From Amphiscolops sp. MND2022 (Eukaryota), in NCBI GenBank assembly GCA_964187785.1, contig OZ076409.1:97156001-97216000 (forward strand): 60,000 bases of DNA. Direction: 5' to 3'. A program made the position numbers and the translations under genes. The notes below the pieces were generated by a model. It saw only the letters and a list, made by a program, of their open reading frames with translations. It was not told where the DNA came from and searched no databases. Every line of letters begins with the position of its first letter. Position 1 is the first letter of the stretch. Shown here piece by piece: positions 1 through 13,119 of this stretch.

Positions 1-787
1 TCAAATTTCTATGAAATTTCCAAGAATTTGCAATTTCTAACTTTCTCAAAAAGTCGTAGGTAGAAGTTTCAACAAACATTCTCGTAAAACTTTTGTAGCT
101 GAAAAATTTTGTGTTAGTGACAGTTTTAAAATATTTGGGTTTGAAAATTTAAGCAATGGATGTTTTAGAACGCTAATGGATACTGCATGGGCGTGTTAAA
201 AGTTTGAAGGAGATACTTGAAAATTCTTATTTGAAAAATTGAAACTTTCAACTCACTGATGTCATGCTATTGAGGTGGTGTTTCCGAGTTGACGATGGAC
301 TAGTAGAATGTTGACAAGATAGGAGAATTTATTTCTACTGTTTTTTACTGTTTTTTTGTTTATTCAATACTGGCGACCTCACAGGAGAATTGATTTTTCA
401 ACCAGTTTCGAAAATTTTCCACCAAAATCAATTTCAATAGCAGATTGAATATTTTAATTATAGTAATTTGTGGCTGAAACATTCGATAGTCGATACTTTC
501 GTTGTGAACAAAATGGCAGTTCCTTCGCTTGTTTTTCGTTTTCAGTATATCACCTGACGTTTTCGTAGATCCATAACTTGTAGATACTTTTTATATGCGT
601 TTTTATTGAATACTACCTCTATTTTCAGCTTCTTGCGTCAGAAGATGGTCGCAATGTTGATATCGAATTTTGATACTACTGAACTCCAGTGGGTCGATAA
701 GATACCCGAAGAACGTTTCCGCAAAAAATGATAGAAGATTTTCACACGTTTCATTGCCTGCTCATTTTATGTATTCTTTCTTCAATT

Positions 788-1997
788 TTTTAGTCGGCGC
801 TTTTCCATTAAGGGAAAAATGCCCGACTATAGCAGTGACTGTTTTTAGTCGGCGCCTTTTCCCTTAAGGAAAAAAGCCCGACTCTTACAGTTAGTAGTTT
901 TTTTTGTTTTTTTTTCAGTTGACAATCTCACTCTGAGTGGTCCACTTTTCTTACAATCTTTGTTCACATTTGTTCAACTAATTTTCTGAGAAGCAGGGGA
1001 TCGTGGGTTCGATTCTCGCACTAAACCACAAATTTTTTATGCTTCCAAAAGTAGATGCGAGACCAAAGCTTTGTTTCGTTTCGTTTGATTTTTCGTTTTT
1101 TTTCGGCACTATGCGACTTTTTTTTCGAAAATTTTCGGAATCTATCAATTGCATTTTTTTGAAGTTTTCGGTTTGTAAAAACGTTTAATGAGCCTGAATG
1201 GCCTCTTTTTGAGTTTTTCGGCATTGTGCGACTTTCTAAAAAAATCCTTTTTTCCAAAAAAAAATTTCAAAAGGTCCCCCCTTTGAGTTTTTTGATATTT
1301 TGCAACGGAATGTTTGTTAATAAATCCAGAAGGGTCCCCCCTTTTACATTTTTCGGCACTATACGACTTCTTTTGAAAGAAAAAATTTTATCAAAAATTT
1401 CAATTTTTTTCCAAAAAAAGTGTTTTACGCTTTTTGAGCCTTAGATATGGCGCCGACTTTAGACGTTCTCGTCTTGTTTCTTCAGGCTACAATCCTCACA
1501 CTGATCGGTCCACTTTTCTTACAATTCTAACAATCGTAAAATCTTACAATTCTTACTTCGCAAATTTGAAATACTGGCGCAAAAGCTTGCGAAGTAGTAT
1601 TTTTACATCATCTAAGAAACTCAAAGGGTACTCCCTTAGAGTATTTTCGGCTCTGTGAGACTTTTTTCGAAAAAAAAATTCCCCAAAGGGTCCCCCTTCA
1701 ATTTTTTTGGAGTTTTCCGACAGAACGGATGTTGAAAATTCCCAAAGAGTCCCCCTTTCAGTTTTTTCGGCATTGTGAGACTTTTTTCAAATTTTTTTCA
1801 CCAAAAGTGCCCCTCCAATTTTTTTTGATGATTTGTCACAGAATGGATGAAAAATCTCAGTGTCCCCTCTGGTGCGCCAATTCGGTTCAACTTTTGGGTT
1901 TTTCCGGTACCGTAGAAGAGTACTTTGACACTTTGAAGTCCTTTTGCTCTTTTTGAGCCTTAGATATGGCGCCGACTTGGGCCGTTCCCGGCTTGTT
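788..1997 (+). mobile_element. Family-1 Helentron-like non-autonomous elements (HINE); copy 843-1478 nested in another copy
   Basis: 5' ttttAGTCGGCGC..hairpin..CCGACT; 3' gagccttagatatgGCGCCGACTt + small stem-loop + ttgtt; ends lie in T-rich sequence with no evident TSD. Confidence 0.7.
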
Positions 1998-2678
1998 TTC
2001 ACTAAAATTACCCAATCAGCAATTAACTTCCTAGTTTGCATTTTTAAATACTTTCTAAAGGTCCTTGTTACAAAAATAAGTTGGACATTAGAAATCCACA
2101 GTCAGTCGATTAGCGGCAGTCCATCCGTTTTGTGACCGTTTTACACCATCAACTGTTGTGGCTAGTTGAAAAATCTTGGCAGTGAATTTCTAGGGCTTTT
2201 CCAGGAACCCTAAACCAATATGGGCTCTTTTCTGTCGACAGCACAACCCCCCCCTCCACCATCAATTTTTTTGGGCGAAATTACAAAAATTTTAGAAAAT
2301 GGTTCAATTAAAAATGAAATCTTTTTCCTTAACAGAAAGTGAACTTCTATTGGAAGTTTTTCGTTGTTCGAACGAAACATTCTTCACACATTCTGACTGT
2401 GATTATCTTCGAATTGACTCTTTTTTCGTGAGTCACAAAACACGAAGTTATCGATTTCTTATTGAAGAATGCGTGACTTCATAATGAGAAAAGTGTGAAC
2501 AAAGTTTATATCTGGATCCCAAACTGTCAATCTGGAAATACAAAAACTTTGAAGGTTTTTAGTTTCACTTTGAAGTCTAGTTATGATCATACACTCAACT
2601 GCGCTTATAACGACCATGGTGGACTTGAAGCTGTGGTTTCAAAGCGACTTGCTCAATAAAAGGTCAAGTGACTTGTTT

Positions 2679-5230
2679 TTCAATATTTTCAACCGATTCC
2701 GAGAAAATTGAACGTAAAATTGCCCGGGGGATGATTTCCTAATCACAGTACTGTATAGTAGTGTAGCAAAATTCACCAACTTATTGCCCCCCCATAAAAA
2801 ACCCTTCACCGTGTTTCCCACAGTAATGCAAACGTAAGAATGTTTGTTAGTTCATATGTACACTACCTCTCTTAGAAGGAATGGATTTTTTAGTTTTCAT
2901 TTTGTGATGAGAGTTTAGTGTTTTTTATGCAAGAGATAAGGTTCCTGTTTTTTAGTCGACGCTTCATGAAGTGAAACTCGACTATTATAGTGACTTTTTT
3001 TCAATCCACACGAACTGACCAAAATAGTTCTTAAAAGTTCTACAAAATAGTATTGCACCATTTGCCCTAGCGAACTGAACCAAGAAAAGTTTTTCCTGTT
3101 TTCCCGCGTAACATACCATACCGGGCGAGACCAAAGGGTCCCCCTTTCAATTTTTTTTCGGCACTGCGAAGCTTTTTTTCGAAATTTTTTCCCCAAAGGG
3201 TCCCCTTTTCAATTTTTTTGCTGTTTCGCGACTAGCATCGTGGTCGGGACCGTGAAACTATCGCTATAACAGGAATATCGTTATAAACAATCATTATAAA
3301 CGGAGTTGAGTGTATTTGCACTGAGATTTCAAAAACACTTCGTTGGTGGGGGAACCCCAATGGGAACTTCGAAAATGAGACATTTTACAAAATATAGTAC
3401 AAAAAACCTATTTATTTCGGATGTAATGTCAAAAGTTTGGATATAGCGCAATATGTCGGAACCTCCGACTCTTCCTTAGTAAAACGCAACTTACTTCGGA
3501 TAATCGTCAAAAATTCGGATATAGCGTGCTGGTGGAGATTGTACAAAAAGTGGACCATTCACTGAGATTGTCATCTGACAAAAAAGAACAAGTCGAGAAC
3601 GTCTAAAGTCGGTGCTATATCTAAGGCGCAAAACATTTTTTTGAAAAAAACTTCAAATTTTTGAAAACTTTTCACTTTCGGAAAGTGTCGCATGGTGCCG
3701 GAAAATGTGAAAGGGGGACCCTTTGGGATTTGTTAGCATACATGCAGTTGCAAAATATCAAAAAACTCGAAAGGGGCACCCTTTTGAGACATTAAACAAA
3801 TTTCGGTAAAAAGTCGCACAGTGCCGAAATAAATCCAAAGGGGGGACCCTTTAGTCTCGTCCGGTTTTGTAGGTCACATTAAAAAAGTTAAAAAAATGAA
3901 AGAGGGGACCCTTTGGACTAAGATTGCCGGACTTGGTCTTAGGTGGTTTCAGGATTGTTTCTAGATAGTAGACCGATCAGTGTGAGGATTGTAGTCTGAA
4001 GAAAAAAATGTCGCTGCTATAGTCGGGCATTTTTCCTTAGAAGGAAAACGCGCCGACTAACAACAGCATATTATTTGGTTTTGTTGCAAAAGGTCTTGTT
4101 GTGAAAGGGTATAGGGTTGCTTTTCTTTATGGCTCAAGGACTTTTGAGAAAACTGGATTTTCACAAGAAGAAAATTTCGAAGAGTCTTACCATTCTTTTG
4201 CAAGAAATACTCATTCTTCTCAGTTTCGGGGACACTTTCACTTTTTCTAATGTGCCGTTCAAATAAAACACGGTACCAACAGATTGTTGAAAAAAACCGC
4301 TAGAATATGGGCTACTGGCAAAACGAATCAGAAATTGAAAAAAAGGTTTGGTGCTTTAAAGTACCGCTTTGGCAATTAGGGTTAACATCTCTCGTCAATT
4401 CACAATAGTACATTTTTAAACTAATTTTGCCATGCTGAGCCTTGCAACTTTTCTACAAGCCAAAAAGAACTTTAAAATCAAAGTAACTATAGTTTTTTGT
4501 ACTTCATCGCGTCTCCAGATTTTATCATTTCTGTGCCAAAAAATAAATTTCTTTTCGCATTTTCAGTTGATTTCACAACAACACATTTTTAGTCGGCGCT
4601 TTCGAAGAAAATGCACGACTTACAGTGGCTAGTTTTTTTCGTCAGTTCAACGCGATCGGTCCACTTTTTTTTTCAATTGTTCAACATCATCAACTTGAAC
4701 TACGGACCTCCAAAACAGGAACTACTCGAAACTTGTACAGTGATTAATTGTGCTCTAAGTAATGATTAAACAGGAGTGTATTGGTATTCCAGATATGATT
4801 CTTTTATTAATGATTTTTTTTGTTTCAAAAAAAATAAAGATTAAAGCAGAAATAGTACGGATCTCCGGAGGGGCCTATTTTCAATATTTTCAACCGATTC
4901 AGAGAAAATTGAACGTAAAATTGCCCGGGGGATAATTTCCTAATCACAGTACTGTATAGTAGTGTAGCAAAATTCACCAACTTATTGCCCCCCCCCCATA
5001 AAAAAACCCTTCACCGTGTTTCCCACAGTAATGCAAACGTAAGAATGTTTGTTAGTTCATATGTACACTACCTCTCTTAGAAGGAATGGATTTTTTAGTT
5101 TTCATTTTGTGATGAGAGTTTAGTGTTTTTTATGCAAGAGATAAGGTTCCTGTTTTTTAGTCGGCGCTTCATGAAATGAAACACGACTATAACAGTGACT
5201 TTTTTTCAATCTACACGAACTGACCAAAAT
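2679..5230 (+). repeat. Local direct duplication (~2679-3030 and ~4879-5230)
   Basis: Near-identical segment ttcaatattttcaaccgattc...gagataaggttcctgtttttt, each followed by a family-1 5' end. Confidence 0.85.
3588..4060 (-). mobile_element. Family-1 HINE-like element
   Basis: Both termini present in reverse orientation (aacaagtcgagaacgtctaaagtcgg ... gcgccgactaa). Confidence 0.7.
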
Positions 5231-6192
5231 AGTTCTACAAAGTTCTACGAAACTTTAAGGTGCCAAATTGGACCATTTGGCACAAGGAACTGGCTTATAA
5301 AACCTGTTCCGTTTTTTTTTCAGCGTAACATGCAATTCTGGGTCCCTTTCAGTTTTTTCGGCATTGTGAGACTTTAGAAAAAATTCTCAATTTTTTCCCT
5401 CCTGTTTTTCGATGCTTTGCAACAGAATGAATGTTGAAAATTCCGAAAGGGTCCCCCCTTTGAGCGCGCCAATTCGATCAATTTTTGGGTTTTTCGGGTA
5501 CTGTAGAAGAGAATACTCGACACTTTGATGTCCTTTTGCTATTTTTGAGCCTTAGATATGCCGCCGACTTGGGCCGATCCCGGCTTGTTGCAGCTTTACT
5601 ATAACAGCGCTCTTTTGAATTATATCTCCGGATAACAAGCTATGGTACCATGTATGCGACTAAATATTCGGCCTAAAGTTGTGTTTCAAAATGACTTCCT
5701 CAAAGTCACGAAAGTCAGACTGCTCAGACTTGAGACGTTCCTGTCTTGTAAGAGATCAGGTTCCTGTTTTTTAGTCGGCGCTTTTCTAGTGAAAAGAGCC
5801 CGACTATTATTACAGTGGCTAGTTTTCTTTTTTTTTCGTCAAACCACAGACCTCATTGTGTATGTACCACTTTTTAGTACAGACTTTATTCGTTTTACGG
5901 TGAACCCAGCGGTCACGGGTTCGAGTCCTTGCTTTAGCCAGAAACTTTTTCGTTTTCGAGCATTTGCGAAAGCAGACGAGACTGAAGGGTCCCCTCGTCC
6001 AATTTTTTTCGGCACTGTGGGATTTTTTTTCGAATTTTTATTGTCTCCAAAGGGTCCCCGTTCAATTATTTCGATATTTTGCAACAAACTAGATTTTCAA
6101 AAAGCCCCAAGGGTCCCCTTTTTTCAGATTTAAAAACTTTGCGCTTTTTGAGCCTTAGATATAGCGCCGACTTTAGACGTTCCCGTCTTGTT
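5158..6192 (+). mobile_element. Two family-1 HINE-like elements (5158-5589, 5768-6192)
   Basis: Same termini; the second copy abuts the MFF splice acceptor. Confidence 0.7.
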
Positions 6193-6210
6193 TTTTCAGA
6201 TTAAGTGTTG

Positions 6211-6480
6211 ATGACGTCAGATGTGGCCTCGAGTGCGGGAGGCGGCGACTTGTCTGACTTCGAGTACGACTCGTCTCTGTACTACGAGCCCTCTGGCTCC
6301 GAGACAGGGGGGCCTGGTCCCGGTCCTTCGCTGGGTGGGGGGCATAACCTGCCCGTGGACCCCTTCTCCAACATCGCCTCTCTGGGTGCCCGGATGAACG
6401 TGCCAGACACCATCGCTCTGTTGGGGGATGATGAGATGCACAACTACCGACTCAACGACAAACTCATGGTTGTCAATCAG
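6211..6480 (+). CDS. MFF: Mitochondrial fission factor (MFF/Tango11)-like, coding exon 1
   Basis: GC-rich ORF MTSDVASS...ARMNVPDTIALLGDDEMHNYRLNDKLMVVNQ. MNVPDTI resembles the MFF N-terminal MxVPxxI repeat. Acceptor ttttttcag ends 6199. Donor is either GC (cag|gcatgc at 6481) or an in-frame GT at 6469; both are phase 0. Confidence 0.8.
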
Positions 6481-6845
6481 GCATGCACATTTGAAAAGTT
6501 CATCAATGATCTATCTATCTACCAGGGTTTACAATTTATATTTTTAAGCGTTCAAACAGGGTGGCAAACGAGCGGGTTGAGGGTTCGTTGGTAGACTTCA
6601 ATAGTTTCTGAACTTCATGATGTTTATAGGTTTCCTTGATCGTTTTAGGGCGTGAGGGTTGAAAATGTTCATATCGAAAAACGTGAAGGATTAAATCTCG
6701 TTTCCCATAGACCGTTTGCTTTGGTATCCAACCTGGCCTTGTCTTCAGTGGTTGTTGTTCTGTTATCGAAGGACTCGCATTCTAACAGCTGAAGCTTTGG
6801 TTCAAGTTCTACATCGGAGAAAACATCTTTCGTGAGACTTGCAAG

Positions 6846-7253
6846 TAGTGTTGGAAAAAATCGGATTTCTATTTTAAAAATCAGAAAATCGGATTTTTAA
6901 AATTTAAATTGGATTTTTAAAATTTTAATCGGATTTTTTAAATTTAAAACAAAATCACCTACAATGTTACTTTGCAAACATTTTCACTGCGCAACCTTTC
7001 ATAATTCAGATGATACACTCAGAAAGCATAATATAATCTTCACAATCATCGAGACATGTTCAGGGTTTTCAGAACGAAAACCAGCTTTGCTGATTTTTTC
7101 CACTCCTAGGCGATTGTGCTCCTTGGAGTGTACACAACTGTTTCATTCACTATATACAAATCTACACTACAAATAAATCAACCAAAAAGTGTTTGATTTA
7201 AATCAGATTTTTACTGTTGATTCAAATCAATTGTTTTAAATCAGCCAACACTG
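6846..7253. mobile_element. hAT-type MITE
   Basis: TIR tagtgttgg / ccaacactg; TSD cttgcaag / cttgcaaa; subterminal aaaatcggatttt repeats. Confidence 0.8.
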
Positions 7254-8862
7254 CTTGCAAAAGTGTCACTGATTTCGGTTGTAAGCTATAGTTAAAAACC
7301 GTTGAGCAGCCATTCACACCTGTATTAGAGCTGACATTTGAATTTGCACCTAGTCGACAAGATCAAGACTGAATCGGATAGTATGAAAAGTGTAATTATA
7401 AAAGGGGATTTTGTTTGACAATCAGAGCCTGCGTTTTGCACGGCAGCTATATGCGCATTATCAAGCAATTTTAATTCATTTCCGGATATTTTGCTGGAAA
7501 AGGCTGCTAAATTTATACCGTATAAATTTAGCAGCCTTTTCCAGCAAAATAGTGACTATCAATTCCTCGCTAATTTATTTTGGCTTTCGAACGGATAGTT
7601 CAAAATTTGATTATTCAATTCAAATAGGGAACCTTGGTTTTACGGTTTAAATCTAAGGCGTGAACGGAAAGCGAATCCGCAGTATTTATCACGAAAAATT
7701 ACGTTCTCGTGGAGCGTTTGAGTCAAATTGTCAGATTCAAAGCCCATGTTCGAAACTGAACGGAAGACCGGTACGAAAATTCCAAACTTTTTCCGAAATT
7801 GTTTTTGTCTCCAAAGGGTCCCCCTTTGGTTTTTTACTTTGTAAACGTAGCCTACAAAACCGGATGAGTGTAAAGGTTCCCCCCTTTTCACTTTCTCAAG
7901 GAAAGCTACAAAACCGGGCGTACCTAAAGGGTCCCCCCTTTGGATTTTTTCGGCACTGTGCGACTTTTCGAAAATTTTTAATGTCCCCAAATGCCCCCCC
8001 TTCGAGTTTTTTGATATTTTTCAACTGAGTGTATGTTAATAAATCCCAAAGGGACACCTTTTACATTTTTCGGCACTATGCGACATTTTTCGAAAGAATT
8101 TTTTTTCTCGAAAATTTCAAGTTTTTTTCAAAAAAGTTTTGCGTTTTTTGAGCCTTAGATATAGCGCCGACTTTAGACGTTCCCGTCTTGTTGAAGTATA
8201 AAAGGGACCGTGCTAAGCGAAACTATGTTGGTCTGCAACGGTAATGATGGCCCGCCGAATAGTGCCGAATCGCTGCAAGCTGCAGAGACTCCGTGCAGTG
8301 TCAGTAACGGTCCTCGTATATATAAATACTGAAAACATCAACAAGTGGAGGACAGATTTACAAAACAAACACCAAAATTTTTTTGAAAAATGGTAAAAAA
8401 AAGACGGTCAAGATTTGCACTCATTTGGGATTGTCATAGTTCACGACAGCCTTCCCTCCTGCACTGTTGCCGTGATGGAGATCTCAACGTGGTCTATTTG
8501 AAGTATATGGCAATTGAAACAGGTTTCTATTCAACATTGTGCCACGAGGCAATCAGGACTAATTTCACAAAATTTCCAAGTGATCAACGTTTGTCCAGAT
8601 CCTAATTTTTGTTGCTTCTGGAAAAGTTACTGTTGTTTTTCAAGACAAATCATTTTAACTAGTTGAATTCGAATTATGTGATCGAAATTCGCGTCTACGG
8701 AGAGTTGTTGATTTATTTCTCATGGACTTCGCAAAGCATGGTATGCAAAACTGTTTTGTTTTTCAAAATGTATATTTCACCTTGTGAAGAGCAAGTAAGT
8801 TAAGGAAATGAAGAAGTTTTTTTTTCGAAATGAAGTGTTCATGTCTCCTTCTCTCCTGGTAG

Positions 8863-9029
8863 GCGGCCAACATGTCAATTCCAGACAGGATCTCGCTGGA
8901 CGGCAGTGTGCGGGACTCTGGCCCCGGGTTCAGGTCCAACCTGCCCCCCGACATGTTCAAGGGCTTCTCCGACTCAGACCTCGTCACCCCACCCAGACGT
9001 CTCAAACTAGACGACCATCATTTCCCCAG
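8863..9029 (+). CDS. MFF: MFF-like coding exon 2
   Basis: ctctcctggtag|GCG...CCCAG|gttaca. Encodes AANMSIPDRISLDG...LVTPPRRLKLDDHHFP, containing the second MFF repeat (MxIPDRI) and a TPPRxLxL motif. Confidence 0.9.
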
Positions 9030-9049
9030 GTTACACTAACTTACTTGAA

Positions 9050-9415
9050 ATTTTTTTTATTAAATATTACTAAAAAATACATTTTTCAACCTCAAATAAT
9101 GCCAAAATTGGAAAATACTCACAGAATTTTACAAAATATTACTAAAAAGTACAACATTTTTCAACTTCAAATCACAAAATTTTGAAAAAATTTAAAATTT
9201 TACACAAAATTCTGAAAATACTCACAAAATTTCGAAAAATACTACAGAAAATACAAAGTTTTCAAGCTCAATCACAAAATTTTGGAAATGCTTACAAAAT
9301 TGTACGAAATACTACAGAAATACATTTTTCAACCTCAAATAGTCTCAGAATTTTGAAATTACTTACAAAATTTTTCAAAATACTACAAAAATGCATGATT
9401 TTTCAACCTCGAAAA
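9050..9415 (+). repeat. Degenerate AT-rich minisatellite
   Basis: Recurrent tttttcaacctcaaat / aaaatactcacaaaat / aaaatactacagaaa motifs. Confidence 0.7.
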
Positions 9416-9627
9416 AATCATTTCTCTCTAGCTATTTATCCTCGACAGGAATTTTTGTTATTCCACGTTCCATTCATCGAAACTTGAGTTTTTCTGGACC
9501 TTTTGACCCATTCTATACTAGAGCAGTTCGAATAAAACGATACTTCTGACCAAAATTGACCTTGGTTGGTCTCCAATTGTGGACATTTAGCATGCAAAAT
9601 GTACTAAATTTAACATGTATGAAATTA

Positions 9628-10169
9628 AGAACGAGCCGAGAACGGCCAAAGTCGGCGCTATATCTAAGGCTCAAAATTGTAAAAGGGAGAACCCTTCGGG
9701 CGGGCTTTGTGAAACTCCAGCTGGTTGTAAAATCTGAAAAAAATTGAAGGGGAGCCCTTTGGGGACTTGAAAAAATTTCACAAAAATATTTTTTAAATGA
9801 TATTTTTGAACAGTGTCACAGTGCCGAGAAATGTAAAAGGGGGGACCCCTTGAGATTTGACATCCATTGTGTTGCAAAATGTCGAAACAAATGAAGGGGA
9901 ACCCTTTGGTGCAATGCAAAAAGTTTCAAAAAATTGCAGAGTGCCGAAAAAAAGTGGGGCTATGGGAGGATCCTTAGTGTGATTTCGAGGTTCTGGACGT
10001 CTGTTTTGTTCTTCTTTTCGTTTTGGACGCGCTTTTGAGGTTCGAGTTGTTGAGGTTCCAAGTTGTTGAGGTTTGACGTTGTTGAACAAATGAACAAAAA
10101 AGGACCTCACGCGTCTAAAAAAACTACCCACTGTCGGGCACATTTTCTACTAAATTGCGCCGGCTAAAA
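9628..10169 (-). mobile_element. Family-1 HINE-like element
   Basis: Near-identical subfamily to 23967-24514. Confidence 0.7.
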
Positions 10170-12750
10170 ACAATTTTTATGCTCATTCAGACAGTGGAAT
10201 ATTGCATTTTTGACAAAACTATCCGGATTTCCCACCGCAAGACTTCCTTCTGGGTTCAACATAGCGGGAACGGCTACAGTTTTTAGAGTACGCATGTGCT
10301 GGTAAGCGCCCATCCGAAACTCGGCGATAAGGGCGAAATTAAATCTTCTGAAAGCTGTAATCCAAAATCAAATACCCTCATTGGTTTTCTTTTTTCAAAC
10401 CAGATGTTGACCAAAGCTAGCATGGAGCAATTGAGCAAAACCCTAACTGTCCACTTGTTCATGCGATAGGCCCAATGAAGATGAAGTGCCGTCATACGAT
10501 CAATACGATCAACGCCTACCATGAAGCTATTGTATTTTGATATTGAATCGGGCTGCCGAAACGTTTTTTTTGGTCTCACCCAACGCTTGAAGTGATCTCT
10601 GGAACTATACCGTGGGCTGAAAACAGAACCAAGACAGTATCACTATCTTTCCACGCAGTGACGGTAGCTTCGCTACATCCCGAACAATCAATCTAGACAA
10701 CCCTCGATCCACATTGTCCTGGAATATCTTGTCTCTACCTGAGCGAGGAGCTAAATTTTTCTGTTCTGTGCCAGTCATGTAAAGTCTTTCTTTCAGTGTC
10801 TTGTACATCCTTTGGGTTCGAATTGACATAGCGACAAAACCGCTGCTTCACCCTGTGTGATGTGGCATGTTGACGTCGAACGTTTTGGAACCATCTTTTG
10901 GGTAAAAAAATCAGCATTGTTCCGCTGGGGCGTTAAAAACTTCAAACCAACTGGGTGAGGTTTCGATTTTATCACTACTTGGTTGAGCACTACCTCCAGA
11001 AAAGTGTATAATTGGATCTTCGACACAACATTGATCTGGTGGACGTAGATTTGTTTGCATCCAGTCTCTGATAGTTCAAAACTGGCCGAATTTTCCACGG
11101 AGGGTCCTTCTTTTTGGTTTCTTGCTCCATGACGTTATGGAGAGCGCATGTTGAGTGAGCTCTCGGTCGATAAAATGTTTGATGATTTAGTGTATGTTTT
11201 GATGGTTATGTCGAATAGAATTTTGGAAATAATGGTTACCGACTGGTGGGACGTCAGTAGAATTTCATCCGTAAACTCGGAGCAACGAATTTGATCAATA
11301 TTGGCCTGGACCAGGGTGACCACTCTCCGACCAAAAGAAAGTAGAGCTAGGATTAGTTCGCAAAAGTAGACCTAAACTATATGCCAAAAACGTAAAAAAG
11401 TCAACACGATCAGAAATTTTTATTGATTCAACAGATTATGATAATCTTATAAATGAAGTAAAAAAATAATCAAATAAATGAAGTTGAAGGAGCATCGTGC
11501 TCAGCGCAAGACTTTTTTTGAGCTTCTAAGCTCGCTACATACTTCCTGGCCTTCTCAAGAGCCTCCTTGTTGGAATTGATTTCATGATGTATAGCAGAAG
11601 TAGATTTGCGTTTGAATACATGGACCTCCTGGCGCATTTCCTCAGCATAGTTCCTTTTACGAACATTTCTGACTTTTTTCTCCTTTTATTGTTCATTTTT
11701 CTTTTTCGAGCAGCTATCACTATAGTATGAAGTTCCGCTAGGATCGATATCTATGGAGACTATCAGCACTCCAATAATCCTGAATGATTCACAAGGCGTT
11801 ATACGTCAGGAACTCATCGATGTCAATTCGTGCATCAAGTTCCACTGTCTCGAGGTAAGCAAATCGCCTTTTATCACCAGAATGAAAATTATTCCAAAAC
11901 TCAAGGCGACATTTGTGATTATGGGTGCTTTCATCCACTTGTATTCCGAATAATTGCCCCCGAATTCATCAAGCATCTTCTGCTTCGCAAATGGGGCTAT
12001 CGCATGCACAGCAATATATTTAGCTTTTGTTCTTCCACAATTAATATTTGTCCAGGCAGAGTCCGCAAACATCACTCTTACAGCCCCTTCTTTGCCGTGA
12101 AAGAATCACTGGAACGGAAGGAATTCTTGTTGAGGACCATATTCAGTACATGAAGAATTGTCGCATTTCTCGTTCCTTCAGCAATGGGTGTTGCACGAGA
12201 CACTGCTCGCTCAATTCTTTGTTGGTTGCCTTCTGTTACCATCTGCCGCCGTGGCACGGTGTGAACTGGGCGTTTCTCATGGTCTTTGAGGGCTATTGAT
12301 CCTACAATGCATCTCACAAAGTGGTAATTTCCCGGTATGCGCCTTGCACATGGAAATTCACAAAGAATCTTATCTGTCACTTTACATGCACCCATCTGAA
12401 AAAGGAAATTTTTTTGCTGACAACAAATAAGTAATGAACTTGAAAGTTGGAAGACACAAACATAAAATTTGATGAACAATTGAAAGGTCTACCGAAAAAG
12501 TAGACTTTGAACTGAAAGTAGACCAAAAGGAGACCAAAGTAGACCAGGTCTACAAACGGAGACCGAGTGGTCAGCCTGGCTTAGACACGTGCATATCAAA
12601 TCCGCTTTCTACCGTTTTGCGACCAGTAAAATCAGTCATTTGATCCAGGCGATTCTCTGGGGAGTAATACAAAAAACCAGCAAAGAGATTTACTGGCAAT
12701 TCGTTGAATTTTATTTTCATAAGCCGGCATCGACTGTGGTTTAGCAGATG
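10170..12750 (-). pseudogene. Degenerate piggyBac (PGBD-type) transposase relic
   Basis: Frameshifted minus-strand motifs DPPWKIRPV (~11075-11100), KSKPHPVGLKF, YNSFMVGVDRIDRM, KWTVRVL, and a Cys-rich C-terminus (FCQKCNIPL...NCF, ~10170-10220). The upstream (right-hand) boundary is approximate. Confidence 0.8.
11312..12578 (-). mobile_element. Internally deleted hAT element inserted in the piggyBac relic
   Basis: TIR cagggtgaccactc / gagtggtcagcctg; TSD gcctggac / gcttagac; subterminal aaagtagac repeats; transposase remnant MFADSAWTNINCGRTKAKYIAVHAIAPFAKQ. Confidence 0.8.
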
Positions 12751-13119
12751 CAAACTGAAATTCGTTGTCGATTTTCCAGAATTCAGTTCTTGATATTTTT
12801 TAGCCCTTTTGTATGTAATCAAAGGCTCGTCGCCTTCCACGTCACCGGTGTTTTGATGATCAAAAGATGGTCTACTTCGTTGTATAGCCCAGTTGAAGTT
12901 CCCGCCATGACTGTTCCCGCCTTTTCCAGTTTTCTGCCATTCCAACGATTTAATAGGTTATCTTGAGTATCAGAACAACTGAGGACAGATCTATCATAAA
13001 GTTCGCAGTGAGTTTTGTCCTGGATTAAGGACAGGATTGGTTTCAATTTATTTGGTATAATTTCGCAGCAGTTTTAGTTCAGTTAGTTTTGTCCACTGCA
13101 TGAATTTGCTAAAATTTAA

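Noticed and set aside
670..6133. Numerous F/K/G/P-rich ORFs in the ORF track (here and throughout, e.g. 7660-8028, 24000-24425, 46504-46797)
   Set aside because: They are chance frames through family-1 repeats, with no consistent frame between copies.
11806..12479. Functional transposase ORFs
   Set aside because: Fragmented by stops, frameshifts and a large internal deletion.
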